Shown one piece after another: positions 24,412 to 32,440 of a stretch of 60,532 nt of DNA. The notes beneath the pieces are model-generated. The model did no database searches. It saw nothing but the letters and a program-made list of their open reading frames with translations, and was not told where the DNA came from. The translations under genes were made by a program, and so were the position numbers. How positions within the stretch are numbered: position 1 is the stretch's first letter; each line of letters starts with the position of its first letter. Source of the stretch: a virus; IMG/VR virus record IMGVR_UViG_3300012349_000001; one strand, given 5' to 3'.

Positions 24412-24621
24412 ATGTACAAGTGTTCGATTTGTGGCACATTGAAAGTCATGTGTAGATGGTGTAACTGTAGATATTGTGCGAAATGTGAAGCAATGCATCT
24501 CTACCATTGTAGTAGAGGGCAGAAAGGAGGAATAAGAGCTTATGTGGTGGCTCATAGCAGCTTTGTGCTACATGCTCTACTTCGGATGTATTGCAGCTAT
24601 AGCCTATACATGGTGGTATAG
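24412..24621 (+). CDS. Cys-rich zinc-finger-like small protein, up to 69 aa
   Basis: Strong SD AAAGGAGGTGAT; CSICG...CRWCNCRYCAKC. Confidence 0.5.
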   Translation: MYKCSICGTLKVMCRWCNCRYCAKCEAMHLYHCSRGQKGGIRAYVVAHSSFVLHALLRMYCSYSLYMVV

Positions 24622-24631
24622 CATGTGGTGA
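24542..24631 (+). CDS. 29-aa hydrophobic Trp-rich peptide
   Basis: SD AAAGGAGGAA 9 nt before the ATG. Sequence MWWLIAALCYMLYFGCIAAIAYTWWYSMW. Confidence 0.35.
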   Translation: MWWLIAALCYMLYFGCIAAIAYTWWYSMW

Positions 24632-24772
24632 TTATTCGGGTTGTCTATTGTAGTGTGGATAGCTAATTTTCTCGTAGTGCGTTATATACGGTCTAGTGAT
24701 GTGCTAGATCGGTAAAAGGTACAATATAGATAAAAGGGCCAGTTAGGAGCTGGCCCGGAAAGGACTCCTCAA

Positions 24773-24976
24773 ATGGATACAGTCCTCACAAACAGCAATG
24801 TTACACAACCCATCCTGCTCATGTCGAGTCATAGCCAAGACGAGCCATACTGCACAGATCGTCTGTGTGGCTGTCATGTCGATGTCGAGTACCATGCAGA
24901 GGTCACCAGCATTCCGCAGCACGATGAAGAGACGATACGTAGCGCGTTTGAGATATTCGGTGTAGTAGTACAGTAA
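24773..24976 (+). CDS. hypothetical protein, 67 aa (strand uncertain)
   Basis: SD GGAAAGGA before the ATG. A competing - strand ORF lies at 24743-24994. Confidence 0.35.
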   Translation: MDTVLTNSNVTQPILLMSSHSQDEPYCTDRLCGCHVDVEYHAEVTSIPQHDEETIRSAFEIFGVVVQ

Positions 24977-24996
24977 GAGCAAGAAAGGATACAAAA

Positions 24997-25275
24997 ATGG
25001 AAAAGCTTTTCAACATTTTAAAGGGAGCATTGGAATACTTAGAACTTGATGAGGACATATTCCCTGAAGAAGTTCATGAAGTAGAGATTGAACTGTTCAC
25101 TCTATGGAAGACGCAAGGATGCATTGTGACATTCCCGGAGTGGAACTATATGTGCTTTACATATAGTGACTGGAGACCGGGAGATTTCATAGGATATCGT
25201 ACAGATACATGCTATTATTGCGGCAAAAAGATGGAAGAAGATCATGATTGTCTTAAGAAGGCAGAAGTAGCATAG
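24997..25275 (+). CDS. hypothetical protein, 92 aa
   Basis: SD GAAAGGA before the ATG; co-directional. Confidence 0.55.
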   Translation: MEKLFNILKGALEYLELDEDIFPEEVHEVEIELFTLWKTQGCIVTFPEWNYMCFTYSDWRPGDFIGYRTDTCYYCGKKMEEDHDCLKKAEVA

Positions 25276-25326
25276 TCGAGCAAAAGCGGGGCTCTTCACG
25301 GGCTCCGCACTACTGGAGGTAACGAG

Positions 25327-25638
25327 ATGACAAAAGTAGTACACTGCAAGAAAGAGACGTATGATGTGTATATCGGGCGTACAATGCCCAGGCAAGGTCT
25401 GAAGGGCTCAATATGGGCTAATCCATTCAAGATAGGGCGCGATGGCACACGTGAGGAGGTGATCGAGAAGTACAGGCAATACATTCTAGGGAAGCCTGAG
25501 TTGCTAGGACAATTGGAGAGCTTGCGAGATAAACGCCTGGGGTGTTGGTGCTTTCCCCAGCGATGCCACGGTCATGTTCTGGTCGAGTTGCTAGGCGAGA
25601 GCCAGGTTCAGCCTCAGCAGTTGAAATTGACAGTGTGA
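25327..25638 (+). CDS. DUF4326-like protein, 103 aa
   Basis: VYIGR...SIWANPF...RLGCWCFPQRCHGHVL pattern; SD GGAGGTAA. Confidence 0.6.
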   Translation: MTKVVHCKKETYDVYIGRTMPRQGLKGSIWANPFKIGRDGTREEVIEKYRQYILGKPELLGQLESLRDKRLGCWCFPQRCHGHVLVELLGESQVQPQQLKLTV

Positions 25639-25742
25639 TGGCCTCTTGCTATAATGTCCTCCATCACCAAATTGAAAAGTGTTCAGGGAGAACAGTCGAT
25701 GCCGGATGGCTGGCCCGGTGCATCGGGACCCTGAGGCGAGAA

Positions 25743-25777
25743 CCGACAAAGGCAGTAGCTAGCCCGAGTCGGTTTTT
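25743..25777 (+). terminator. possible intrinsic terminator
   Basis: CCGAC...GTCGG stem with an inner GGC/GCC pairing, then TTTTTGTTT. Overlaps the 3' end of the convergent gene. Confidence 0.35.
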
Positions 25778-25977
25778 GTTTGCTCCTCGTTTCGTATGCC
25801 CAATTGCTGCTTTATATCCTCTTGCATCCATTGCATATATGCCACTACAGCAGCCTCGGCAGACTTTCGATTCACCTCTTTGGCCTCTTCAGAGAGCTCA
25901 TCCCACGGTGTCTCTAGATCCTCTAGGAGAGCTTCATATGCTGCTTTGCCGATAGCTTCTCGCAATTCTTCATTCAT
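25759..25977 (-). CDS. acidic hypothetical protein, 72 aa
   Basis: Last gene of a 4-gene leftward operon; overlaps the upstream stop. Confidence 0.55.
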   Translation of the reverse strand: MNEELREAIGKAAYEALLEDLETPWDELSEEAKEVNRKSAEAAVVAYMQWMQEDIKQQLGIRNEEQTKTDSG

Positions 25978-26174
25978 CCGATTGGCCTCTGCTCTACCGT
26001 CTCGATAATCTGCTGTAGAATGACAATACCGCCGCTGAGCAAATTCTGTAGAAAGATTTGATAGCCATCATCAGGGATAACATCTTTATCCTCTGCCATC
26101 TCCTGAGCATTTTTCAAGCATTGCAGCTCGCGTTTGAGCTGAGCAAGATGCTCTTCTGTGATCTCTATGAGCAT
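25974..26174 (-). CDS. hypothetical protein, 66 aa
   Basis: SD GAAAGGATAGG before the ATG. Confidence 0.55.
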   Translation of the reverse strand: MLIEITEEHLAQLKRELQCLKNAQEMAEDKDVIPDDGYQIFLQNLLSGGIVILQQIIETVEQRPIG

Positions 26175-26189
26175 ATCCTATCCTTTCAA

Positions 26190-26399
26190 CTACTGAATAT
26201 CTCTAAGAACGCTAAAGAGCTTTTGCTCTATTTCAGTTCTTAGGCGCATTTTTGTCACTATATCGCTTCCGTTAGACACTTGAGGCTGTACATCTAATAC
26301 ACCTTTTATCTGCTTTATAGCGTTGATAGTGTCTTGTGCATCATCATCACGAAGATCTCTCTCCAATATGACAATGAATGCGTTATATCTGTCTGTCAT
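26190..26399 (-). CDS. hypothetical protein, 69 aa
   Basis: Start set at MTDRYNAF, after GGAGGAAGG. Confidence 0.55.
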   Translation of the reverse strand: MTDRYNAFIVILERDLRDDDAQDTINAIKQIKGVLDVQPQVSNGSDIVTKMRLRTEIEQKLFSVLRDIQ

Positions 26400-26536
26400 A
26401 ACGTCCTTCCTCCGATCGGGTCGTCTAGAAGCCCTCCTCTTGCGATTTCTGGGCGAGCAAGGGCTGAGTAGGCAAATTATACCTCTCGACCTGAACAAGC
26501 CATCTCTTGCTCAGATACGAGGCTCTCTAGGGCATA

Positions 26537-26716
26537 CTAGCTCTGCCTAGACTCTTCGCCTTCACGTTGCTTTTTTATGGCAGCAATTATCCACTCAGTA
26601 ACATTATCAGTGACTGAGCGGATATAGGCCAAGTCCTCCGATGGGACCTTAACGTGTATTTCTTCTCTCGGACCATACTTTGGTGCTGGCCCGGGTTTTG
26701 TTTTTGTCTTTGCCAT
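26537..26716 (-). CDS. ribbon-helix-helix-like small regulator, 59 aa
   Basis: EIHVKVPSEDLAYIRSVTDNVTEWIIAAIKKQ. Start set at MAKTKTK, after AGGAGG. Confidence 0.5.
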   Translation of the reverse strand: MAKTKTKPGPAPKYGPREEIHVKVPSEDLAYIRSVTDNVTEWIIAAIKKQREGEESRQS

Positions 26717-26733
26717 AAATACCTCCTGACAAA

Positions 26734-26762
26734 AGACTAACATCCAATGGATATTTTGTCAA
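26734..26762 (-). promoter_or_regulatory. leftward promoter TTGACA-N17-TAGTCT with an operator in the spacer
   Basis: -35 at 26757-26762. The spacer contains CTAACATCCAATGGAT (26737-26752). Confidence 0.55.
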
Positions 26763-26797
26763 TCCTAAAAATTGGTCCCAAAATTGAAGAAAAGTGC

Positions 26798-26826
26798 TTG
26801 ACACTAACATCCAATGGATGTATAAT
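26798..26826 (+). promoter_or_regulatory. rightward consensus promoter TTGACA-N17-TATAAT with a palindromic operator in the spacer
   Basis: The spacer contains an identical CTAACATCCAATGGAT (26804-26819). ACATCCAATGGATGT is a 15-bp palindrome. Confidence 0.75.
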
Positions 26827-26871
26827 CCTTGTAGTTGAGAAAACAAATTCAATCATCGAAAGGGCAAAGCA

Positions 26872-27150
26872 ATGATCACAAAGAAAGCATTAATCGCAAA
26901 GTTACAGAGCATGAATTTGGACGAGGTTCTTTTTCAGGGCGCACGTCGCTCGTCCTTCGACCATGGGAAGTGGCACGCCGCTCAGGTCGCACTAGGAAAA
27001 ATCATCGGGGGCTGTTTCGGTCAATCCACCTACACGACAAAGCGGGGTTCGCTGAAGGATACTCCAAAGTGGTTTAGGCAGATGTACACCAACATCACTT
27101 GGGACTCAGGGGACGTAACCCCCGGATCGATCCTACAGGCACTAATCTAG
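26872..27150 (+). CDS. hypothetical protein, 92 aa
   Basis: First gene after the rightward promoter; SD GAAAGGG. Confidence 0.6.
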   Translation: MITKKALIAKLQSMNLDEVLFQGARRSSFDHGKWHAAQVALGKIIGGCFGQSTYTTKRGSLKDTPKWFRQMYTNITWDSGDVTPGSILQALI

Positions 27151-27179
27151 GACACCAGTAACGAGAGGAGACCACTGAA

Positions 27180-27596
27180 ATGGCAACATCACTCAAAGAA
27201 GTCAAAATCACCGCAAGGTATGCACATAAAACCAACGGCAAGTTCAACGGCCTGGTCACCTACGCAGTTCGCAGCTCGGACGGCTCGACCATCTACTGCA
27301 CAACGTTGGTTGACGGGAAAGCTTCTGGGTGTAGTTGTCCTGCCAAGTCCTCCTGCTACCACAAGAAACAGCTTGAAATCAAAGAGTCCGCTCGACCCTT
27401 TGCAGCAAAAGTTCTCCCAGTATGGACAGAAGCGCTCGTCAAGACTGGCAAGCTGGTAGCACCTGCTAAGGCTGTCAAAGTGGTCGAGTTGCCAGTAGGT
27501 AGCTCCGAAAAGAAGGAGGTACATACGCCTACAGATCTCTCGAATAAAGGGCATTTAAATGTAAGTCGTGGATTTAGTCTGTTAAAAGTATCATAG
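27180..27596 (+). CDS. SWIM-type zinc-finger protein, 138 aa
   Basis: CSCPAKSSCYH fits CxCxnCxH; SD GAGAGGAG. Confidence 0.5.
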   Translation: MATSLKEVKITARYAHKTNGKFNGLVTYAVRSSDGSTIYCTTLVDGKASGCSCPAKSSCYHKKQLEIKESARPFAAKVLPVWTEALVKTGKLVAPAKAVKVVELPVGSSEKKEVHTPTDLSNKGHLNVSRGFSLLKVS

Positions 27597-27633
27597 AAAG
27601 TTGGAGCAAATAGCCCGAAAGGAGCAAATTCAA

Positions 27634-27780
27634 ATGCGGATAGTGTATGTTGTCAAAGTTGTTGGCAAGCCTGGGCATGGTGGTCGGTTTGCCGACGTGG
27701 ACAATGCGCAACGTGCTCAAGAAGTGCTGAGCCGTATCCACAAGAAGAAAGTGCGCATTGTCCAAGAGCGCAGAAAGTAG
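27634..27780 (+). CDS. small basic protein, 48 aa
   Basis: SD GAAAGGAG before the ATG. Below the ORF-track cutoff. Confidence 0.45.
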   Translation: MRIVYVVKVVGKPGHGGRFADVDNAQRAQEVLSRIHKKKVRIVQERRK

Positions 27781-27797
27781 CCCGAAAGGTAAAAGCA

Positions 27798-28001
27798 ATG
27801 TTCAATTCAGAGGAAGCTCCGGTAGTCCTAAGCCACGACCCCAGGATCGGCAAGCTGGCACGGTGCACCACAAGCGGGTTCGTGGGAGAAATCGTCAAGA
27901 TCAGCAGATGGTCCGATGGATCTGAGCTGATCGAGATCAAGCGCGGTGCTAGTGGTGCAAGCGGTATGAGTCAATTTTTTGAGTTGATCGAGAAAAAGTA
28001 G
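27798..28001 (+). CDS. hypothetical protein, 67 aa
   Basis: Preceded by the same TAGCCCGAAAGG leader as the previous gene. Confidence 0.55.
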   Translation: MFNSEEAPVVLSHDPRIGKLARCTTSGFVGEIVKISRWSDGSELIEIKRGASGASGMSQFFELIEKK

Positions 28002-28026
28002 TCTCAAAAGGGAAAGGATCATTTCA

Positions 28027-28230
28027 ATGGAAGATTCAGTTTATAGCAAAGAATATGATGCTCTTCTGCTCAGAGCATTCCAAGCTGAGAAGGATATGCA
28101 AGCTCTTGAGAGCAAGATGTGGGCTCGATATCAGAACGGGAGGGACAAGCCTAGTGAGGAGGATGTAGAAGGCCCTGCAACTGTAGTGCAGGGTGAATAC
28201 GATCCCACCGGTTGGTGGCGATATTCCTGA
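28027..28230 (+). CDS. hypothetical protein, 67 aa
   Basis: SD GGGAAAGGA before the ATG. Confidence 0.55.
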   Translation: MEDSVYSKEYDALLLRAFQAEKDMQALESKMWARYQNGRDKPSEEDVEGPATVVQGEYDPTGWWRYS

Positions 28231-28345
28231 GTAGCGTGGGCGGGAAGGCTTAGACGGCAAGAACAAGCCTTCCCTGATGGAATAGGGACTGGTGTCGAGT
28301 CAGTCCCCAACAGATTATATACTATTATTCAAGGAGATAGATATC

Positions 28346-28987
28346 ATGGGAGTTGTCAGAAGAGTTGTCAATAATATCAATACAGTCGTCTTGCACAACA
28401 ATGATTATGTTGAAGTTCATGAGCGTTTTCGCATCCTTCATGAGCTAAAGAAGGATTTTGAGACCCTGGAAAGTGGTCCTCAGCAGATTGGTGAGCGCCT
28501 GTTGTGGCGTGTGGTCGCAAAGGTAGACGGCAAGCAATACATAGGCCATGCAGAAGTCAAGCTGAGTGCTCCCAAAGGGACAGCGGACGGGACCAATCCA
28601 TTTGAATGTGCTGAAACATCGGCATGGGGGAGACTGCTTGCCTTTGCAGGGCTGGGGACTGTCCAAAGTATTGCCAGCTACGATGAAATAGCACGCAGCC
28701 AGCCGTTCACTCAAATTGTAGAGCAGCCCAATCAAAAGCAGATCGTGAGTGCTGCTCCAGCTCTCGACAATGATCTGAAAGTACGGCTCAACAGCCTATT
28801 CGAGAGGGCAAAACCTCTAGGCGTATTGCCAGAGCCAACAGCTAAAGGCTTCCTCAGGTTTGCCTCTGAAGCTCTAGGGGTAGCTATCACGCACCCCAAT
28901 CAACTCGACGCCGACAAGCTTGATCAGATAGAAGCTGAGATAGCGCGTAAAGAAACTGAAGCTGTACAGCTAGAAGTGGCTTCGTAG
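28346..28987 (+). CDS. possible Rad52/Sak-like single-strand annealing protein, 213 aa
   Basis: ECAETSAWGRLLAFAGLG resembles the conserved Rad52-family helix ending in fGiG. Start set at MGVVRR, after AGGAGA. Confidence 0.35.
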   Translation: MGVVRRVVNNINTVVLHNNDYVEVHERFRILHELKKDFETLESGPQQIGERLLWRVVAKVDGKQYIGHAEVKLSAPKGTADGTNPFECAETSAWGRLLAFAGLGTVQSIASYDEIARSQPFTQIVEQPNQKQIVSAAPALDNDLKVRLNSLFERAKPLGVLPEPTAKGFLRFASEALGVAITHPNQLDADKLDQIEAEIARKETEAVQLEVAS

Positions 28988-29031
28988 CAACGAGGGGCTC
29001 TCTTCGCGGGAGCCTCAGAAAGTGAGTTTGT

Positions 29032-29226
29032 ATGGCAAATAAAACAGGTAAGACCAAATCGGGCGACCGCATAGGCCTCTTCATTGATGAGGAGAACAAG
29101 CAGTACGCAGTGAGATGGTACAATTTGTGTGGGTATGATGGGGTGACTATGATTTTTGCAGAGGCACCTCATGCAGAAGAATTTTTCGATGCCGTTCTCA
29201 AAGTTGAGGAAGTTGAGGAAGATTAG
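29032..29226 (+). CDS. hypothetical protein, 64 aa
   Basis: Co-directional ORF. Confidence 0.5.
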   Translation: MANKTGKTKSGDRIGLFIDEENKQYAVRWYNLCGYDGVTMIFAEAPHAEEFFDAVLKVEEVEED

Positions 29227-29287
29227 CAACAAAGCGGGCCTTTCCTCATTATCCAGGAAAGGCCCTTTCAGTCTTCAAATACGTCTT

Positions 29288-29518
29288 CTATTGCACCACC
29301 TTCCCTTCCATCGCTCTTACTGTCATATCCAGTGCTTTCTCCTCATCTCCCACAATACACGTCAGCCGATCATTTAGCTTACCAATACGGCTATAGCGAG
29401 CTGAGATGAATTTGTGCTTGCTCACACCTTCGACAAAGCCGCTTTGCACTAGTTGAGCCGCGTAGTACTCCGAGTCGATCCGCTCTAACACCTTACGCAG
29501 TTCGCTTTCCCCAGACAT
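29288..29518 (-). CDS. hypothetical protein, 76 aa
   Basis: Start set at MSGESEL, after GGAGGGAGGAA. Divergent from the XRE gene. Confidence 0.55.
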   Translation of the reverse strand: MSGESELRKVLERIDSEYYAAQLVQSGFVEGVSKHKFISARYSRIGKLNDRLTCIVGDEEKALDMTVRAMEGKVVQ

Positions 29519-29622
29519 ACTATTCCTCCCTCCGAGAGCTAAACACAACAAAAATAGATATATTCAATTTTAGCATACCAGCACCAGAGTTACACTCGTG
29601 GCAAAAGCCCTACAACAGGCAT

Positions 29623-29862
29623 ATGCTTACACAAAAGTGTGTAGGACTTGTAGTGTCATTAGAACAATTGATCGGAAAGCGGATAGTGCAGCTCCGAGAG
29701 GAAAGGAAGTGGACACAGGAGAAATTAGCTGCTGAAGCAGATCTTAACCCACGCCATCTCCAGCAGATAGAATATGGAGAAATCTGGCCCAGGGCCGCTA
29801 CGCTGAAGAAGCTAGCAAAAGCCTTCAAGATGGAACCTGAAGACATTTTGAGAGGAATATAA
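29623..29862 (+). CDS. XRE-family HTH regulator, 79 aa
   Basis: RIVQLREERKWTQEKLAAEADLNPRHLQQIEYGE. Confidence 0.7.
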   Translation: MLTQKCVGLVVSLEQLIGKRIVQLREERKWTQEKLAAEADLNPRHLQQIEYGEIWPRAATLKKLAKAFKMEPEDILRGI

Positions 29863-30013
29863 AAAAGAGCACGTGGCAGGTCTGGGCAAAGGCAAAACGC
29901 GGCTCTCATACATACAACGCCATGCTCGAGCGATTCGTCGCTTCGGGGTTTTGTCATGTTCTTAACCATATCTCAACCGATATACCCCGACCTTAACCAA
30001 ATCTTTACAAGTA

Positions 30014-30038
30014 GCACCTAAGCAGGTGCCTTTTTTTT
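30014..30038 (+). terminator. intrinsic terminator
   Basis: GCACCT-AAGC-AGGTGC followed by C and T8. Confidence 0.8.
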
Positions 30039-30063
30039 GTGTAAATTTAATATTACACAAAAA
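30034..30063. repeat. 11-bp perfect inverted repeat TTTTTGTGTAA/TTACACAAAAA
   Basis: Arms at 30034-30044 and 30053-30063, separated by an 8-nt AT loop. Confidence 0.9.
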
Positions 30064-30107
30064 GTGCAATCTCATCCATATGTTGTTATACAAGCAAAGC
30101 TTGCTTT

Positions 30108-30127
30108 ATAGATAGATAGATAGATAG
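30108..30127. repeat. (ATAG)5 microsatellite
   Basis: Five perfect tandem ATAG units. Confidence 0.95.
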
Positions 30128-30420
30128 AAGGGTTGGGGCACGCCAATGAGCTACCTCCTTTGCCGCTAGCGACGGCACTCCATTCATCAAAGCCGCTATT
30201 ACATCTCTAGCAATACTGCAATTCAAATTTAGACGAGCCTAGCGTCTTTAACGTGCAATTCATACATTGACTCATGCGCATATAGGCTTGTCCGTATACC
30301 TGAGATGGCATCTACAGAAAAACCTGTAGAGGAAGAAGCCGAGAGACAACTTCAGATTCATTCGCGATACTATGAGGCACTATACACATACCTCGCTAAC
30401 ATCAAGAAAGGTAGAAGAGG

Positions 30421-30645
30421 ATGCAGACAGAAGATCACCCATTTACTGAGAGAGAAGAGCAAATACTCAACTTAATAGCAAGCTATCACACACGCGAAGA
30501 GATGTGCAATATACTTGATATGGAATATGTCACGTTAGACACGCATATCACAAACATTAGGCGCAAAACGTATAAGCGTGGTATTAAGCTTGTGAAATAC
30601 GCCGTTGATCGTGGCTATGGAAAGCGTGAGGTGGCAGCATCATGA
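30421..30645 (+). CDS. LuxR/GerE-type HTH protein, 74 aa
   Basis: FTEREEQILNLIASYHTREEMCNILDMEYVTLDTHITNIRRKT. Confidence 0.6.
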   Translation: MQTEDHPFTEREEQILNLIASYHTREEMCNILDMEYVTLDTHITNIRRKTYKRGIKLVKYAVDRGYGKREVAAS

Positions 30646-31055
30646 GCACGCTCTACCATCCACACGGCTATTGCGTGCTCTGTGGCGCTCCAAAAGAGCA
30701 CATCCTGGACCTGCGTTGCAAGGACTGCACCCTGCGCAGCGAGCAGGCATACTACTCCACAGCAACGACAGCAGTCCCTACAAGCTGCTACTATTCCAAT
30801 TCCACAGCGCCGCTCTACGATCGTGACACCACACCAGAGCTGCCAGCACTAAGCTCATGCAACACTGAAGAGGTGACCAGCGACCGGGCTAGCCGAATCA
30901 CCATCGGCATCTACGAGTCGATTTCGGAGCATCAAGAAACATGTGAGACGTGCAATAGGTACAAGAACATGGGTATGTGTTGTATAGAACAAGTAGCTCT
31001 GTGGGATAGCTTAGAGTATTGGGAGAAACAGATTGCAAGAGAGGTAGCACAATGA
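30642..31055 (+). CDS. Cys-rich hypothetical protein, 137 aa
   Basis: ATGA overlap with the previous gene; CVLCG...CKDC. Confidence 0.55.
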   Translation: MSTLYHPHGYCVLCGAPKEHILDLRCKDCTLRSEQAYYSTATTAVPTSCYYSNSTAPLYDRDTTPELPALSSCNTEEVTSDRASRITIGIYESISEHQETCETCNRYKNMGMCCIEQVALWDSLEYWEKQIAREVAQ

Positions 31056-31255
31056 CAGAGAAGATTATAGTGCTAGAGCTGCATAGCCTAGCAGAAGTGT
31101 GCGCACTTGCAGAAGCTATTGAGAAGCGTATGAGCGTCTTAGCCAACGGGTACACACGTGAGGAGGTGTTGAAGTTTCTCTCGCTTCAGCAGATAGCCGT
31201 GCGCATGCCGCAAGTTACTGCACAGGAGAAAAGAGAAGAGGCAAACCATGGATAA
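31052..31255 (+). CDS. hypothetical protein, 67 aa
   Basis: ATGA overlap with the previous stop. Confidence 0.5.
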   Translation: MTEKIIVLELHSLAEVCALAEAIEKRMSVLANGYTREEVLKFLSLQQIAVRMPQVTAQEKREEANHG

Positions 31256-31376
31256 AGAAGCACAAGACTTTGAACACTGGCTCAAGGAAAAGTTACGCAG
31301 GTACCTCATATTACCTTCCCTCTCTCATCATTCTTGCAATCCGTTCCATTAACTCAAAACAATATATCACAATAAC

Positions 31377-31407
31377 TTATCCACAGATGTGGATTTCTTG
31401 TGGATAA
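31377..31407. promoter_or_regulatory. inverted pair of consensus DnaA boxes
   Basis: TTATCCACA at 31377-31385 and TGTGGATAA at 31399-31407, with a partial TGTGGAT between them. Confidence 0.7.
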
Positions 31408-31428
31408 CTACCAGAAAGAGCACACCCA

Positions 31429-31551
31429 ATGATATGTGGAACAGTATTCCTCATCATAAGCGTCATCAGCGCTTGCATCATCATCTATGAGCTAAGAGTG
31501 CAGAAGCATCTCGACAAGTACAAAGACAAAGATTGGAGGTATGATGGTTAG
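31429..31551 (+). CDS. 40-aa membrane peptide
   Basis: TM segment GTVFLIISVISACIIIY; weak SD GAAAGAG. Confidence 0.3.
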   Translation: MICGTVFLIISVISACIIIYELRVQKHLDKYKDKDWRYDG

Positions 31552-31706
31552 CAGAAGTATCATACGCCCTTACGTAATCAGAGTCTACAAAATACAAACG
31601 CGCTTCTGTCTCAACATGTGCACAAGAGGCAAAAGATACAGCAGTGCGTACAAACTGTATGCAGAAACGAAACTACAGTACACTACTTTGCGATATTGGA
31701 GGCGTG

Positions 31707-31910
31707 ATGGATAACACACTTACAGCTAAAGAGCAGCGTATCCTTGAGCTTGTGCAGCAAGGGCTGACAAACTATCAAATAGCTGTAGCAGTAAACACCA
31801 ACCCTAACTATCTTACAAAGCGCCATCTCAAGAGCATCAAGCGCAAATTAGGCGTGAATAGCAAAGAAGAGATGATAGCATTGAAGAGAGAGGAGAGTTG
31901 CAGTGAATAG
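31707..31910 (+). CDS. LuxR/GerE-type HTH protein, 67 aa
   Basis: LTAKEQRILELVQQGLTNYQIAVAV...LKSIKRKLGV; SD GGAGG. Confidence 0.65.
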   Translation: MDNTLTAKEQRILELVQQGLTNYQIAVAVNTNPNYLTKRHLKSIKRKLGVNSKEEMIALKREESCSE

Positions 31911-32053
31911 AAGCGAGAATATGGGTTTTAGTGGCACAACGCGAAGTGTGTTGCTCGGTGTTGGTATGTATTGTCGACACCTATTGCGTTTTTCGACACT
32001 GTATGCTATACTCTTTCCAGTACATCGAAAGGAGACGAAAAGTGGTTGTTTAT

Positions 32054-32251
32054 ATGCCAGAAGCAGAAGAATTTTATACACCAGACGAGATAGCGGCTAT
32101 CCTCAGAATAACGGAGGACTCTGTTACCAGACTTCTCAGACGCAACAGAATGCCTGGATACAAAGTCGAAGGTTCTTGGAGGATCAACAAAACGGAGTTC
32201 CGCGAGTACATGGCCAGCCTCAGGAACATCAAGCCAGAAGACAAAAAATAA
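32054..32251 (+). CDS. excisionase-family HTH protein, 65 aa
   Basis: YTPDEIAAILRITEDSVTRLLRRNRMPGYKVEGSWRI. Confidence 0.6.
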   Translation: MPEAEEFYTPDEIAAILRITEDSVTRLLRRNRMPGYKVEGSWRINKTEFREYMASLRNIKPEDKK

Positions 32252-32440
32252 AGCCAGCAGTGGGCTGGCCTCCTACAATTGAAAATTTAGTAGCATTCAG
32301 GTCATCAGCTCTGCTGTGGAAGGTTAAAGCTAATGACCCTTGGATATCGCTACCTACTTTTAGTATAGTCTTGGCGCTCAAAAAGGTCAAGGCAATGCAT
32401 AGACGTGCTGGGTAGTGATAGATAGAAACGGAGTACGTCT

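Noticed and set aside
25542-25955. 137-aa + strand ORF.
   Set aside because: It crosses the terminator-like hairpin and lies antisense to the 25759-25977 gene. The sequence is Arg/Ser/Pro-rich.
29610-29969. 119-aa - strand ORF.
   Set aside because: It lies fully antisense to the well-supported XRE HTH gene at 29623-29862.
31848-32415. ORFs 31903-32415 (+), 31848-32081 (-), and the long N-terminal extension of 31931-32251.
   Set aside because: They overlap the LuxR-type and excisionase-type genes out of frame. The HTH domain begins at ATG 32054, and the extension is Cys-rich junk.
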